Below are positions 1 through 11,065 of a stretch of DNA of 64,000 nt, piece by piece. The position numbers were made by a program, and so were the translations under genes. Positions within the stretch are counted from its first letter, which is position 1, and the number at the start of each line of letters is the position of its first letter. The stretch spans positions 4,950 through 68,949 of the forward strand of contig CALVXO010000004.1 in the NCBI GenBank assembly GCA_944371325.1, given 5' to 3'. A model generated the notes under the pieces. The model was not told the DNA's origin. It saw only the letters and a list, made by a program, of their open reading frames with translations, and did not search any database. The DNA comes from an uncultured Bacilli bacterium. Lineage in GTDB: Bacteria > Bacillota_I > Bacilli_A > RF39 > UBA660.

Positions 1-403
1 TTTCTTGTGTTGGATGGTTATAATCACTCATACCATTAATTACAGGAATATCGGCATATTTACCTAAATTTACAATAGATTCGTGTTTTTGGACACGTGC
101 CATTAAGATATCTACTAAACGTGATAAAACTTTAGCAGTATCATAGTAAGTTTCGTGTTTACCTAATTGAATTTGCCCTGGTGCTAAATATTGAGCATGC
201 CCACCTAATTGTGTCATAGCAGTTTCAAAAGAAACACGAGTTCTTGTAGATGATTGTTCAAAAATCATTCCAAGAGTTTTATGATATAAGACATTTAAAG
301 GATATCCAGCTTTAATATTTTTTTTAATCAAGATACCTAAATTTGCAATATCAAGAAGCTCTTCTTTTGAAAAATCACTTGTGTCAATATAATTTTTTTT
401 CAT
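1..403 (-). CDS. ptcA: Putrescine carbamoyltransferase (5' part, runs off the window edge)
   Basis: Manual translation from ATG 403: [15 protein letters not shown]...[41 protein letters not shown]...DILMARV...[15 protein letters not shown]. Has the STRT and HPTQ carbamoyltransferase motifs; [10 protein letters not shown] is typical of putrescine transcarbamylases; adjacent to potABCD; GGAGG RBS upstream. Confidence 0.85.
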   Translation of the reverse strand, partial: MKKNYIDTSDFSKEELLDIANLGILIKKNIKAGYPLNVLYHKTLGMIFEQSSTRTRVSFETAMTQLGGHAQYLAPGQIQLGKHETYYDTAKVLSRLVDILMARVQKHESIVNLGKYADIPVINGMSDYNHPTQE

Positions 404-486
404 ATCTACCTCCTATTATTATATTACAATTTAATTATACCATACACAAGAAAAAAAATGCATTTTTTTTTTGCATTTTTTACATT

Positions 487-1503
487 TTATTTAATATTTG
501 CCCATATATGATCATATAATTTAATATTTGAACCTATATTTTTAACAAATATCCCATTTTTTAAAGTTTCATCACTAATATTAGCAGCATTATTATTTAA
601 ATAATCATCATCTAATATTTTATCTGTTTCTTTATTAATGTTTTTATATGGATAAGAATTAATTATTTCTTTCATTATTTCAGGCCTTAAAATATAGTCA
701 ATAAATTTATATGCTTCTTCTTGATTATTTGAATTTTTTAAAATAGCAAAATTATCTATACTTAAAGCGAAACCTTCTTTAGGAAAAATATTTTCAATAT
801 TATTATTTTCTTCTTTAGCTATTGCACCTTCAGCATTCCATAAAACAGCGATAGATGCTTCTTCAAAAATTAAAAAATTTTTAGGACTATCACTATCATA
901 AGCTTTTAAATTGGGTTTTAATTTTAATAACCATTCTTCAGCAATTTCTAATTCATCCGGATTAGTTGAATTCATATCAAATCCATTAGCTAATAAGGCC
1001 ATACCGATTATTATTCTTTGATCGTCAATTAAAACTATTTCATCTTTATATTTTGGATTTAATAAATCATTATATGATGTAATATCTTCTTTTATTTTTT
1101 CTCTATTTACTGATATAACTGTTGAAGCAGCTATAAAAGGAAGTGAATATTCATTATTTAAATCATATTCTAAATTTAAATAATTACTATTTAAATTATC
1201 TATGTTTGTTAACTTTGTTTTATCTAATTTTTCTAATAATCCTCTATCTTTCATAATTTCAATCATGTAATCACTAGGAAAAATCAAATCATAAGTTCCC
1301 TCTTTAGCGTTAGAAACTTTAGCTAATAATTCTTCATTTGAAGAATAGGTACTATAATTTACTTTTATACCTGTTTCCTTTTCAAAATTTCTTATTACCG
1401 AATCAGGAATATAAGATGTCCAATTTAGAACATTTAATTGTTCTTGATTATTATTACATCCTGTACATAAAATAACAAATAAAATAATTAATAATTTTTT
1501 CAT
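487..1503 (-). CDS. potD: Spermidine/putrescine ABC transporter substrate-binding lipoprotein
   Basis: Lipobox-like N-terminus, LNVLNWTSYIP, YDLIFPSDYM; last gene of the pot operon. Confidence 0.9.
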   Translation of the reverse strand: MKKLLIILFVILCTGCNNNQEQLNVLNWTSYIPDSVIRNFEKETGIKVNYSTYSSNEELLAKVSNAKEGTYDLIFPSDYMIEIMKDRGLLEKLDKTKLTNIDNLNSNYLNLEYDLNNEYSLPFIAASTVISVNREKIKEDITSYNDLLNPKYKDEIVLIDDQRIIIGMALLANGFDMNSTNPDELEIAEEWLLKLKPNLKAYDSDSPKNFLIFEEASIAVLWNAEGAIAKEENNNIENIFPKEGFALSIDNFAILKNSNNQEEAYKFIDYILRPEIMKEIINSYPYKNINKETDKILDDDYLNNNAANISDETLKNGIFVKNIGSNIKLYDHIWANIK

Positions 1504-2286
1504 TTAAGCTCTCCTTAACCTTTTTAAATTTATTAGAGTTGAAATAGTCAATATAACAAATACAACAAGTAACATTATAGTAATTAATGCATTAACATCT
1601 GGAGTAACTCCTGTTTTTATAATCGAATATACATGTAAAGGTAATGTATTACTACCTGGACCTGCTGTAAAATAGCTTATTACAACATCATCTAAAGATA
1701 ATGTTAATGCTAATTGAGCACCGCTTAAAATACCCGGTAAAATAGTGGGAATAACAACATAGAAAAAAGTCTTTAATTTAGAAGCACCTAAATCGCTAGC
1801 GGCTTTTTCTATATTAGGATCCATACTATCTAAAACACTCCTTACATTTATTATAACAAAAGGAATGGAAAAACAAATATGAGCTAAAATAAGTGTAAAT
1901 AAACCTAATTCCAACTTAAATAATGTGTAAATAGCAAGCAGTGAAATACCTAATACTATTTCAGGAATTACAATGGGAATATATAAAAGTTCTAAAACAA
2001 TATTTTTAAAAGGAAAATTATATTTTTTTAAAGCATAAGCTGAAATAGTTCCAATTATTGTAGATATGATTGTACTTGTAAAAGCTACTATTAAAGTATT
2101 ATACAAAGCTTCTAATAATGTTTTATTATTAAATAATTCTTTGTACCAATCAAAAGTAAATCCTTCAAATATTATATTTAAACTTGATGTGTTGAAAGAA
2201 AATAATATTATGACTAATATTGGTAAGAATAAAAATGTAAAAACTAAAAATAAACATATATTGTCAATTATTTTATTATTTTTCAT
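1504..2286 (-). CDS. potC: Spermidine/putrescine ABC transporter permease
   Basis: Multi-TM, EAA loop (EKAASDLGAS), SLDDVVISYF, TLPL motif. Confidence 0.9.
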   Translation of the reverse strand: MKNNKIIDNICLFLVFTFLFLPILVIILFSFNTSSLNIIFEGFTFDWYKELFNNKTLLEALYNTLIVAFTSTIISTIIGTISAYALKKYNFPFKNIVLELLYIPIVIPEIVLGISLLAIYTLFKLELGLFTLILAHICFSIPFVIINVRSVLDSMDPNIEKAASDLGASKLKTFFYVVIPTILPGILSGAQLALTLSLDDVVISYFTAGPGSNTLPLHVYSIIKTGVTPDVNALITIMLLVVFVILTISTLINLKRLRRA

Positions 2287-3146
2287 TATAATCCTCCCAA
2301 ATCATCCATCTTACCACCAATTTTTTTATATATTAAAATTAAAATAGTGGTTAATAAAATTAAAAATACTGATATAGCTGCACCAAACGGCCAATTTCTA
2401 GCAGTTAAAAATTGATTTTTTATTAAATTACCTAATATCATTATCTTGCCACCACCTAATATATCAATAATAAAGAAACATCCTAAAGCTGGTGTAAAAA
2501 CCATAATAGCACCATTAAATAATCCTGATAAAGTTTGAGGTAAAATTATATTTAAAAATCTTTTAACTTTAGATGCACCTAAATCGCTTGCAGCTTCTAA
2601 AGTATATTTATCAATATTACTTACAGCATTATATAAAGGTAAAATCATAAAAGGTATAAACGTATACACCATTCCTATAATAATTCCTATGTTGTTATAC
2701 ATTAAGCTTAATGGATTATCAATAATGTTAAAATTTAATAATAATTCATTTATTGCTCCAGATTTTCTAAGCAATACAATCCAACCATACATTCTAATTA
2801 ATGAATTTGTTAAAAAAGGAACCATAACTAATGTCATAATTATTTGTTGTGCTTTTTTACTTTTGTGAGAAATTGCTAGAACAAATGGATATGAAATTAA
2901 AATACAAATTAAAGTTGTTACTAAAGCTATAACAATTGAATTTATAAAAATCCTTAAATAAACTAAATTAAATAATTCTTTATAATTTTCTAATGTAAAG
3001 TCGTAAATCATACCTCCATAGAAATCACTTTTAAAGAAACTGATTGTTAAAATATATAAAAGTGGTAAAACAATCAATAACAAAGTATATAGGATAACAG
3101 GGGTTATAAAAACAAATCTTAAAGTTTTATTTTTCATTGTCTTCAC
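2286..3146 (-). CDS. potB: Spermidine/putrescine ABC transporter permease
   Basis: Multi-TM, PFLTNSLIRMYGW, EAASDLGAS, NWPFGAAIS. Confidence 0.9.
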   Translation of the reverse strand: MKTMKNKTLRFVFITPVILYTLLLIVLPLLYILTISFFKSDFYGGMIYDFTLENYKELFNLVYLRIFINSIVIALVTTLICILISYPFVLAISHKSKKAQQIIMTLVMVPFLTNSLIRMYGWIVLLRKSGAINELLLNFNIIDNPLSLMYNNIGIIIGMVYTFIPFMILPLYNAVSNIDKYTLEAASDLGASKVKRFLNIILPQTLSGLFNGAIMVFTPALGCFFIIDILGGGKIMILGNLIKNQFLTARNWPFGAAISVFLILLTTILILIYKKIGGKMDDLGGL

Positions 3147-4179
3147 TTTCTAATATTATAGCATCTTCAATATCCCATGTTAAATACACTTCATCATTTC
3201 TTTTATATAATTTGTCATTACCAGAAATTATTGCTTTAATTATTTTTTTATTTACTTTTATTAATATTTTAGTAAAAGCACCATCATATATTTGTTCATA
3301 TATAGTGCCAACCAAATCACTATTTTTTTCTTTAGATAATTTAACATTTTCTGGTCTTACAATCAAATCTACTTTAGTATCATTTTTAAATTTAGATATT
3401 ATTTTAATATTTGCTTCTTCACAAACACAAACATCATCTTTTACAATTCCTTTAAAAATGTTTGCTTCTCCCAAAAAATCTGCAACATAAATAGATTTAG
3501 GTTTTTCATAAACTTCAACCGGTGTACCTATTTGTTCTATTCTGCCATCTTTAATAACAGCAATTCTATCACTCATAGATAACGCTTCATCCTGATCATG
3601 CGTAACATATATGAATGTTATTCCTAATTTTTTTTGTAATTGTTTCAATTCTATCTGCATTTTTTTTCTTAATTTTAAGTCTAAAGCAGATAATGGCTCA
3701 TCTAATAATAATACTTTAGGGTTATTAATTAATCCTCTTACGATTGATACTCTTTGTTGCTCACCACCAGACAATTCTTTAGGTTTTCTTTTTTCATAAC
3801 CCTCCAAATGAACAAGTTCAATCATTTCCTTAACTCTTTTTTTTCTTTCCTGTTTTGGAACTTTTTTCATTTTTAGTCCAAATTCGATGTTTTTTTCAAT
3901 TGTCATCAAAGGAAATAAAGCATAATTTTGAAATATTGTATTTACTTGTCTTTCAGTTGGATCTAACTCTGTAACATCTACTCCATCCAAATATACTCTT
4001 CCACTTGTTGGTCTATCCATGCCAGAAATAGATCTTAAAATAGTTGTTTTGCCACAACCACTAGACCCTAAAAGAGTAATAAACTCACCTTCATAAACTT
4101 CCAAATTAATATTCTTAATAATTTCCTTTTCACCATAATTTTTTGTAAAGTTTTCCAATTTTACAATAACCTTTTTCAT
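3127..4179 (-). CDS. potA: Spermidine/putrescine ABC transporter ATPase
   Basis: Walker [37 protein letters not shown]-terminal TOBE-like region. Confidence 0.92.
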   Translation of the reverse strand: MKKVIVKLENFTKNYGEKEIIKNINLEVYEGEFITLLGSSGCGKTTILRSISGMDRPTSGRVYLDGVDVTELDPTERQVNTIFQNYALFPLMTIEKNIEFGLKMKKVPKQERKKRVKEMIELVHLEGYEKRKPKELSGGEQQRVSIVRGLINNPKVLLLDEPLSALDLKLRKKMQIELKQLQKKLGITFIYVTHDQDEALSMSDRIAVIKDGRIEQIGTPVEVYEKPKSIYVADFLGEANIFKGIVKDDVCVCEEANIKIISKFKNDTKVDLIVRPENVKLSKEKNSDLVGTIYEQIYDGAFTKILIKVNKKIIKAIISGNDKLYKRNDEVYLTWDIEDAIILESEDNEK

Positions 4180-4280
4180 ATCTCACCTACTTATATAAAT
4201 ATTTTACTACATTTTTTAACATTTTTAAACATTAACACATTAATTTTTTTTGAATAGAATAAAAACGAAAGGAGAATTGA

Positions 4281-5264
4281 ATGAAAAAAGTGATTATTCC
4301 AATAATTATTGTTTTAATTGTTGGTATTATTGTTAGTTTTATATTTTTTAGAGAAAAAAGTGATTTAAAGAAAGTTAAGGTAGCAGAAGTAACTCATAGT
4401 ATTTTTTATGCTCCACAATATGTTGCTCATGCTTTAGGTTATTTTGAAGAAGAAGGTTTAGATGTTGAATTATTATTAGTTCCAGGTGCTGATAAAGTAG
4501 CAGCATCAGTATTATCAGGAGATGTTCAAATTGGATTTTGTGGTAGTGAGGCAACTATCTATATTTATAATCAAGGTCAAGAAGATTATTTAGTTAATTT
4601 TGCAGGTTTAACCAAAAGAGATGGTAGTTTTATTGTATCAAGAGAAAAAATTGATAATTTTACATTAGAAGATTTAAAAGGTAAAACCATAATTGGTGGA
4701 AGAATTGGTGGTATGCCAGAAATGACTTTAGAGTACACTTTAACTAAAGCTGGTATTGATCCTAAAAATGATTTAAATATTGATACAAGTATCGAATTTG
4801 CAGCTATGTCAGGAGCTTTTATTGGTGGTACTGGTGATTTCGTATCTTTATTTGAGCCAAATGCTTTACAATTAGAACAACAAGGTTATGGTTATGTTGT
4901 AGCTTCTTTAGGAGAATTAGGTGGAGTTGTTCCATATACAGCATATAACGCTAAAAAAAGTTATATTGAAAATAATCCTGATGTAATTGAAGGATTTACT
5001 AAAGCAATTCAAAAAGGATTAGATTATGTTCATAGCCATAATTCTAAAGAAATTGCTGAAATCATTTTAGATTATTTTCCTGATATTTCTAAAAATGATT
5101 TAGAAACAATCATAGATAGATATAAAGATATAGATTCTTGGTTTACTACAACTTATATAACTGAAGAAAACTTTAATCATATTCAAGAAATAGCTGAAAA
5201 TGCTGGCCAATTAGATGAAAGAGCTCCATTTGACAAATTAGTTAACAATACATATTCAAAATAA
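4281..5264 (+). CDS. NitT/TauT-family ABC substrate-binding protein (YtlA-like)
   Basis: N-terminal TM anchor, VAEVTHSIFYAPQYVA and GGMPEMTLEY motifs typical of YtlA/NMT1-like binding proteins. Confidence 0.8.
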   Translation: MKKVIIPIIIVLIVGIIVSFIFFREKSDLKKVKVAEVTHSIFYAPQYVAHALGYFEEEGLDVELLLVPGADKVAASVLSGDVQIGFCGSEATIYIYNQGQEDYLVNFAGLTKRDGSFIVSREKIDNFTLEDLKGKTIIGGRIGGMPEMTLEYTLTKAGIDPKNDLNIDTSIEFAAMSGAFIGGTGDFVSLFEPNALQLEQQGYGYVVASLGELGGVVPYTAYNAKKSYIENNPDVIEGFTKAIQKGLDYVHSHNSKEIAEIILDYFPDISKNDLETIIDRYKDIDSWFTTTYITEENFNHIQEIAENAGQLDERAPFDKLVNNTYSK

Positions 5265-5292
5265 AAGTTATTCAAACACGAATAACTTTTTT
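5263..5292. terminator. Likely bidirectional intrinsic terminator
   Basis: aaaagttattc-N6-gaataactttt hairpin with A/T tails between convergent genes. Confidence 0.65.
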
Positions 5293-5293
5293 G

Positions 5294-5968
5294 TTAAGCA
5301 AATAAATAATTTATAATATCGCCATTTTCATATTCAATTATTACTGAATATATAACTGATCCTACCGAATTAAATGTTAACTTATTATCTTCAAATTTAT
5401 ATTTTAAATTTTCCTTTTTGTCATCATAGTTAGCAGTTACTTCTTTTACTGTAAATTTATCTTCACTTGTAAATAAAATTCTAGAATCACTTATAGTGAT
5501 ATATTCATAATCCATATTTTCATATTTTATTTTAAAATATTCTAAAGGAGAAATATTTAAATCATATTCTTGATTATTTAATTTAACTGGTAAACTATTT
5601 ATATTAATTAAACTAATGCCTTCTTCATTATCAATTATCGATTTTATTTCAACTCTATTTTTATAATCTAATAACTTTACATCATCATCACAATTACTTA
5701 TAATTGAACTTTTTTCTTCTTTAGTAGTTCCTAAATATTTAATTTTATTAATTGTTTTATCAATTCCTTCAACTTCTAATTTATCGCCAACTTTAAAAAC
5801 ATTTGAATCAATTGTAGCATTAAACCCTTTTACTTCAACATTAACACTAGAAAAAGAAATAACATCAGTTACTGTCGCAATTTCTTTAAATGATTTATCC
5901 CTATTTATAAGTAAAAATATTAATACAATAATTATTATTACACTAATCCCAATTACGACTTTTTTCAT
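5294..5968 (-). CDS. Hypothetical membrane-anchored protein (paralog of 11894..12571)
   Basis: N-terminal hydrophobic anchor; shares PxKLxxQEY..SPxE and the C-terminal pattern with 11894..12571. Confidence 0.7.
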   Translation of the reverse strand: MKKVVIGISVIIIIVLIFLLINRDKSFKEIATVTDVISFSSVNVEVKGFNATIDSNVFKVGDKLEVEGIDKTINKIKYLGTTKEEKSSIISNCDDDVKLLDYKNRVEIKSIIDNEEGISLININSLPVKLNNQEYDLNISPLEYFKIKYENMDYEYITISDSRILFTSEDKFTVKEVTANYDDKKENLKYKFEDNKLTFNSVGSVIYSVIIEYENGDIINYLFA

Positions 5969-6131
5969 TATATCACCACCGATCTAGTCATTTATTATCA
6001 AAATTATTACTAGAAACATTATATCAAAAATACTATTATAAGTAAATTATGTTAAATTAACAAAAAATTAATTTATATATTATATTTTTATTAATTGTAT
6101 GTTAATATATTAATGAAAGGAAGGTAATAGA

Positions 6132-7091
6132 ATGAAAAATGAAATTATATTATTTGAAGACCAAAATGTTAGACTGGAGGTGAATTTAAAAGATGAAACA
6201 GTTTGGTTAACACAAGAACAAATGGCAAGACTATTTGATAGAGATAAGTCAGTTATTTCAAGGCATATTAAAAATGCTTTAAGCGAAGAATTAAATGAAA
6301 AAGAGGTAGTTGCATTTTTTGCAATTACCACTAAACATGGTGCAATGAACGATAAAATTCAAACTCATATGGTAGAACATTACAACTTAGATATGATTAT
6401 ATCTGTTGGTTATAGAGTTAAATCTAAAAATGGCATCATATTTAGAAAATGGGCTAATCAAATATTAAAAGATTATTTAATTAAAGGTTATGCTGTTAAT
6501 AATAAAAGATTAGAATATTTAGAAAAAACAGTTAAATTAATCGATATAGCTAGTAGAATCGATGACGATATAAATAGTAACGAAGCAAAACAAATTATTA
6601 AAGTAATCAATAATTATTCTAATGCTTTAAATTTGTTAGATGATTATGATCATAAAACTATTAAAAAACCAAAAGGAACGAATAATGAAAGCATAATAAC
6701 TTATGAAGAGTGTATTGATGTAATTAATAATTTAAAATTTAATAATGATAGTGATTTATTTGCTTTAGAAAGAAATAAAGGATTAAAAGGAATAATTGGT
6801 AATATTTATCAATCGTTTGATGGTAAAGACTTATATCCAACGATAGAAGAAAAATGTACTAATCTATTATATTTAGTCATTAAAAATCATGTGTTTATCG
6901 ATGGCAACAAAAGAATTGGCGCAACATTATTTATCTATTTTTTAAATTATTATGATTTACTTTATAAAGATAATAAACAAGTAATTGATAATAACACATT
7001 AGTTGCTATTACTATTTTAATAGCGCAATCAAATCCAAAAGAAAAAGAAGTAATTATTGATTTGTTAATGAATTTTTTAATAAAAAACTAA
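6132..7091 (+). CDS. RhuM-family / Fic-Doc domain fusion protein
   Basis: N-terminal ETVWLTQEQMARLF...YNLDMIISVGYRVKS (RhuM-like); C-terminal Fic motif HVFIDGNKRIG. Confidence 0.88.
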   Translation: MKNEIILFEDQNVRLEVNLKDETVWLTQEQMARLFDRDKSVISRHIKNALSEELNEKEVVAFFAITTKHGAMNDKIQTHMVEHYNLDMIISVGYRVKSKNGIIFRKWANQILKDYLIKGYAVNNKRLEYLEKTVKLIDIASRIDDDINSNEAKQIIKVINNYSNALNLLDDYDHKTIKKPKGTNNESIITYEECIDVINNLKFNNDSDLFALERNKGLKGIIGNIYQSFDGKDLYPTIEEKCTNLLYLVIKNHVFIDGNKRIGATLFIYFLNYYDLLYKDNKQVIDNNTLVAITILIAQSNPKEKEVIIDLLMNFLIKN

Positions 7092-7100
7092 TCGAATTGA

Positions 7101-7718
7101 TTAGTCTTTTATATACTCTTTTACTGTATTAAAATCGTTTAAAGATGTTTCGTAAATTCCATTATAAGTTTGTTCTAAATAGTATTTATTATCACTAGTA
7201 TAAATATACATGTCAGTATAACTTCCTTTATTGTAAAAAATAATATGATATACTTCATCAGCATTTTCTGGATTTTTACTTACACTTTCTTTATTTGTTG
7301 TACGATTGTAAAAAATATTATATATATTTTCTATATCATTTTTATTAGCAATTTCTATAATACTATCATATTGGGACATTGTATTAATTGTTACTTTGGT
7401 AATATCATTTAAATCAGGAATATTTATTTTATATTCTTTTTTTACATCATCATTCATAACTTCGCTTTGAACAAATTTAATATACTTTGAATCAATTATT
7501 TTTTCTTTAAAATCATTTTGTTTTTCAATACTATTATCTGATAATCCAACAACAACTAATTTATTATCATAATCAACATAATTAAAAATCAAATTATCAT
7601 ATTGATTATTGGATAAATAAATAATAATATCATTATTTATTGCATCTAATTCTTCATTTTCTACATTACCGCATCCTACTATAAATAAGCATAAAACTAA
7701 AAATATTATCTTTTTCAT
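7101..7718 (-). CDS. Hypothetical lipoprotein
   Basis: Lipobox IVGC after a short signal peptide; 205-aa ORF with RBS. Confidence 0.7.
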   Translation of the reverse strand: MKKIIFLVLCLFIVGCGNVENEELDAINNDIIIYLSNNQYDNLIFNYVDYDNKLVVVGLSDNSIEKQNDFKEKIIDSKYIKFVQSEVMNDDVKKEYKINIPDLNDITKVTINTMSQYDSIIEIANKNDIENIYNIFYNRTTNKESVSKNPENADEVYHIIFYNKGSYTDMYIYTSDNKYYLEQTYNGIYETSLNDFNTVKEYIKD

Positions 7719-7792
7719 AATTCACCTACTTATATATATTATATCATAAATTATTAAATTTAAATTATATACCTAAACGAAATGACTATTTT

Positions 7793-8225
7793 TGAATATA
7801 ATAATGAGAAAGGAGTTTATATAATGAGTATCCTAACAATTAAAAATTTAAATAAAATATATCATACTAAAAATTCTGAAACAAAAGCGATTGAAGATTT
7901 TTCTTTTGAATTAAATGATAATGAATTTATAGCAATCGTAGGGCCTAGTGGTTGCGGGAAAAGTACCATTTTAAATATATTAGCTAATTTAGATAACAAA
8001 TCAAATGGTGAAATAATACTTAAAGATAATATTAAATTAGGTTATATGTTACAACAAGATGCTTTATTTAACTGGAAAACTGTTTTAGATAATTGCTTAT
8101 TAGGATTAGAAATAAATAAAATGAATAATAAAGATTATGTTTCAAAACTATTAAATACTTATGGATTAAAAGATTTTATTAATAGTTATCCTAATAATTT
8201 ATCTGGGGGAATGCGTCAAAGAGTA
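7793..8225 (+). repeat. Direct repeat, copy 1 (copy 2 at 13250..13682, offset 5457 bp)
   Basis: Appears identical by eye from tgaatataataatgagaaagg (7793) to 8155, then shows mostly synonymous differences. Confidence 0.9.
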
Positions 8226-8231
8226 GTATGA
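7824..8231 (+). pseudogene. Truncated 5' copy of the NitT/TauT ABC ATPase (YtlC-like)
   Basis: Nearly identical to the first ~135 codons of 13281..14012, but ends LSGGMRQRVV-stop and lacks Walker B and the H-loop. Confidence 0.85.
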
Positions 8232-8699
8232 ATACAGTATAGACACATGTAATAATTAAGTAAAGTTGCTTATAACCATTATAAATAAAGGAAAAAAAGT
8301 AAAATATGTTGTTAGATAATAATTAAAAAAAGGTAATAAATAATTTTGATACTTTAAACAATATTGACAAATTAATATTAAATATTTATATATTAGAAAA
8401 ATATAAACTTTAATAATAGAGATATAATCATTCTTTTAAAGAAAGTTTTATTTAATTTAGATTCTAATTATCGTAAAACTATTATTAATTTTAGTAAATA
8501 TAAACATTTATTGTTTTTTTAGCCAAGTATTTAGAATTAAATGATTTAGAAAATAAAAACTGTGGAAATGTTATATTTATGAAACTGATTTTAATGATAA
8601 AATAATTAATAATGTGATAAATAAATTATTACCAATTTATGATTATTCATATTGCATATTAAATAGTTAAAAAATACCTAGTGAGCATTAATTTGCTTA

Positions 8700-9824
8700 C
8701 TAGGCTTTTTCATTTTTATTAACAGTTATTGACAAAACAAATATAAATATGAATATTATTATCTCTATTTTAAGTAAAGTTAAAATATCAAAAATTTTCA
8801 GTAATAAATTAAATTTATTATTTAAAAATATATTTAAACTACTTGTAATAATTATAGAAACTATTAATACAATTAACATTAATGCTATTAGCTCAATTAA
8901 AATTATTAATTTATTTTGGATTTTATTATATCCTAAAAATTTAAGCATTGTTAATTTATTGTTTTCATCTTTTACTATATTTCTTAAAATGATAAATATA
9001 ATTGAATAAAATAATACTAATATTACATAACTAACATTAATTAATATATCAGTTATTTCAATTAAATTTGACATACTTAATTCATCATTTGTATCTTCAA
9101 CTGTATTTAAAGAAACATAAAAGTCATCATTATTTTCGGCTTCATCTAATTTTCCTACTAAAAGTTGAGCATCATAATAATCGTCAAGTGTTATTTTATA
9201 AGCATATATATTATTTTCTTTTTCTATTTTAGCAAACATATCAGAAGAAATAAACATTTCAGGAAATTTAGAATTATCAATTATATTTTCTATTACAAAT
9301 TCGTAAGAAATATTATTATTAATAATTCCTATCTTTTTATTTATTAAACTAGATAATGGAATATCATAAGTAACTTGTCTATTAAATGATAATGTTATTT
9401 CATCTTCTTTTAAATTATCATCTTTCCTAATAACAATTCTATTATTTTTATAAATAGCAATAAATTCTTCCCAAGTTGGAATAATTAAATCACTTGTTGA
9501 AGAAGATGAATCAATTACTGCTCCCGTTGAGCCATCTTGTAAAATATAACCTTGTCTCCCTAATGTATCATAAGTATAATCAGGTTTTACTACTAATATT
9601 TTTTCAATGTTAATTACACTATCATATTTAGAAAATTCTTTATAATAATCATTTTGGCCTATAACATATAATACTGTATTATTTACAAAAGAATCGTTTA
9701 AAAGTCCTTTATAATAATTTATAAACGACATTAAAGTAATAATAGCTGTCATTAAAATAATTGTTATAAATGCAAAAATTTTTGTTGATTTTTTTCTAAA
9801 AAATCCTTTTAAAAGTATCATCAT
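8700..9824 (-). CDS. FtsX/MacB-like ABC exporter permease
   Basis: N-terminal TM, extracellular domain, C-terminal TMs with LKFLGYNK motif. Confidence 0.75.
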   Translation of the reverse strand: MMILLKGFFRKKSTKIFAFITIILMTAIITLMSFINYYKGLLNDSFVNNTVLYVIGQNDYYKEFSKYDSVINIEKILVVKPDYTYDTLGRQGYILQDGSTGAVIDSSSSTSDLIIPTWEEFIAIYKNNRIVIRKDDNLKEDEITLSFNRQVTYDIPLSSLINKKIGIINNNISYEFVIENIIDNSKFPEMFISSDMFAKIEKENNIYAYKITLDDYYDAQLLVGKLDEAENNDDFYVSLNTVEDTNDELSMSNLIEITDILINVSYVILVLFYSIIFIILRNIVKDENNKLTMLKFLGYNKIQNKLIILIELIALMLIVLIVSIIITSSLNIFLNNKFNLLLKIFDILTLLKIEIIIFIFIFVLSITVNKNEKA

Positions 9825-9826
9825 AG

Positions 9827-11065
9827 CTATTCACTTCCCACTAATTCAATTATTCTACAATTACAAACCTTATTAATAGTAATTGTTGTAACAAATGAAG
9901 ATAAAAATACTATAATTATAAAATTTAAAATAAATATCAAAGGTGATATTGTTAAATTAATTCCAATGTAAGCCATATTAGATAATACTGAAGTTTTCAA
10001 TATACTAAATAGTATTACTAATAAAAATATAGAAATTAAATAAGCTATTATATTTATTATTAGAAATTCGATAAAATACATTTTTTTTAAAGTTTTTTTG
10101 TCATATCCAATTGCTCTTAATAATCCAATTATATGACTATCATTTATTATAATTTTTTTTACATATGCTAAATCAAGAATAATAATAGTTAAAATAACAA
10201 TAGTTATTAAAGCAATATATGAAATGTCTACCATATCAACTAAATTTTCATCTATAGAGTTTTTTTGATAAACATTAATGAAATTTTTATTTTTTATTTT
10301 ATTCATTACATAACCTATATTATCTACACTATCTATCAACACATAAAAATTTGTATTATTAAATTCCATATCATTATTTGGATTTACTTTATCAATTATC
10401 GAAATAATATCATCTGACATAATATAACACTGATTATTTAAGTTCATAATTTGTTTATTATCATATAATCCGATTATTTCATAATCTTCATTATATTCTT
10501 TACCAGTAACAAGATTATTGTTATCTGAATCAAAATTCATTTCATAATATTTAATAGTAAATTTTTTATTTAATAAACTATCTTCAGATATAAAGTTTTC
10601 TTCTTTTAGTTTTAATTGGTATACCGATTCATCAGGATAAAAATTTTGAGGACATATTGCAACTTTAGAATCCCCTTCTTTAAATCCTCTACCTAAAACA
10701 ATATTAGGATAAGTTGTTGCAGTTCCATATAAAAATTCAATTGTTCCATCTAGTTTTGAACTTTTAAAACTACTTTCTACAATTTTAGAGTTATATTTAG
10801 AATTATACACATCTAATATATGTTCAATACTTAAGAGTTCATTTTTTCCTAAATCAGCAACTTCTAATTTTGGACTTACTTCTAAAATTCTAAAACCTAA
10901 ATTATTATTTATATTATCTTTAATATATTGATTAAAATTAAATTTAAATAATATTACAGACATGAATATTAAAGAACAAAAAGTTATTATAATCAAAAGA
11001 TATAATTTTTTTCTATTTCTGATAATATCAATCATTGATTTTTTTATATAATCATTTATTCTCAC
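9827..11065 (-). CDS. FtsX/MacB-like ABC exporter permease
   Basis: N-terminal TM, LGRGF, YEIIGLY, IGLLRAIGYDK, C-terminal TMs. Confidence 0.8.
   Translation of the reverse strand: MRINDYIKKSMIDIIRNRKKLYLLIIITFCSLIFMSVILFKFNFNQYIKDNINNNLGFRILEVSPKLEVADLGKNELLSIEHILDVYNSKYNSKIVESSFKSSKLDGTIEFLYGTATTYPNIVLGRGFKEGDSKVAICPQNFYPDESVYQLKLKEENFISEDSLLNKKFTIKYYEMNFDSDNNNLVTGKEYNEDYEIIGLYDNKQIMNLNNQCYIMSDDIISIIDKVNPNNDMEFNNTNFYVLIDSVDNIGYVMNKIKNKNFINVYQKNSIDENLVDMVDISYIALITIVILTIIILDLAYVKKIIINDSHIIGLLRAIGYDKKTLKKMYFIEFLIINIIAYLISIFLLVILFSILKTSVLSNMAYIGINLTISPLIFILNFIIIVFLSSFVTTITINKVCNCRIIELVGSE

Noticed and set aside
8232-8699. Hidden recombinase remnant or peptide gene after the truncated ATPase
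   Set aside because: I found no convincing ORF or motif; it contains only a TTGACA-like hexamer.
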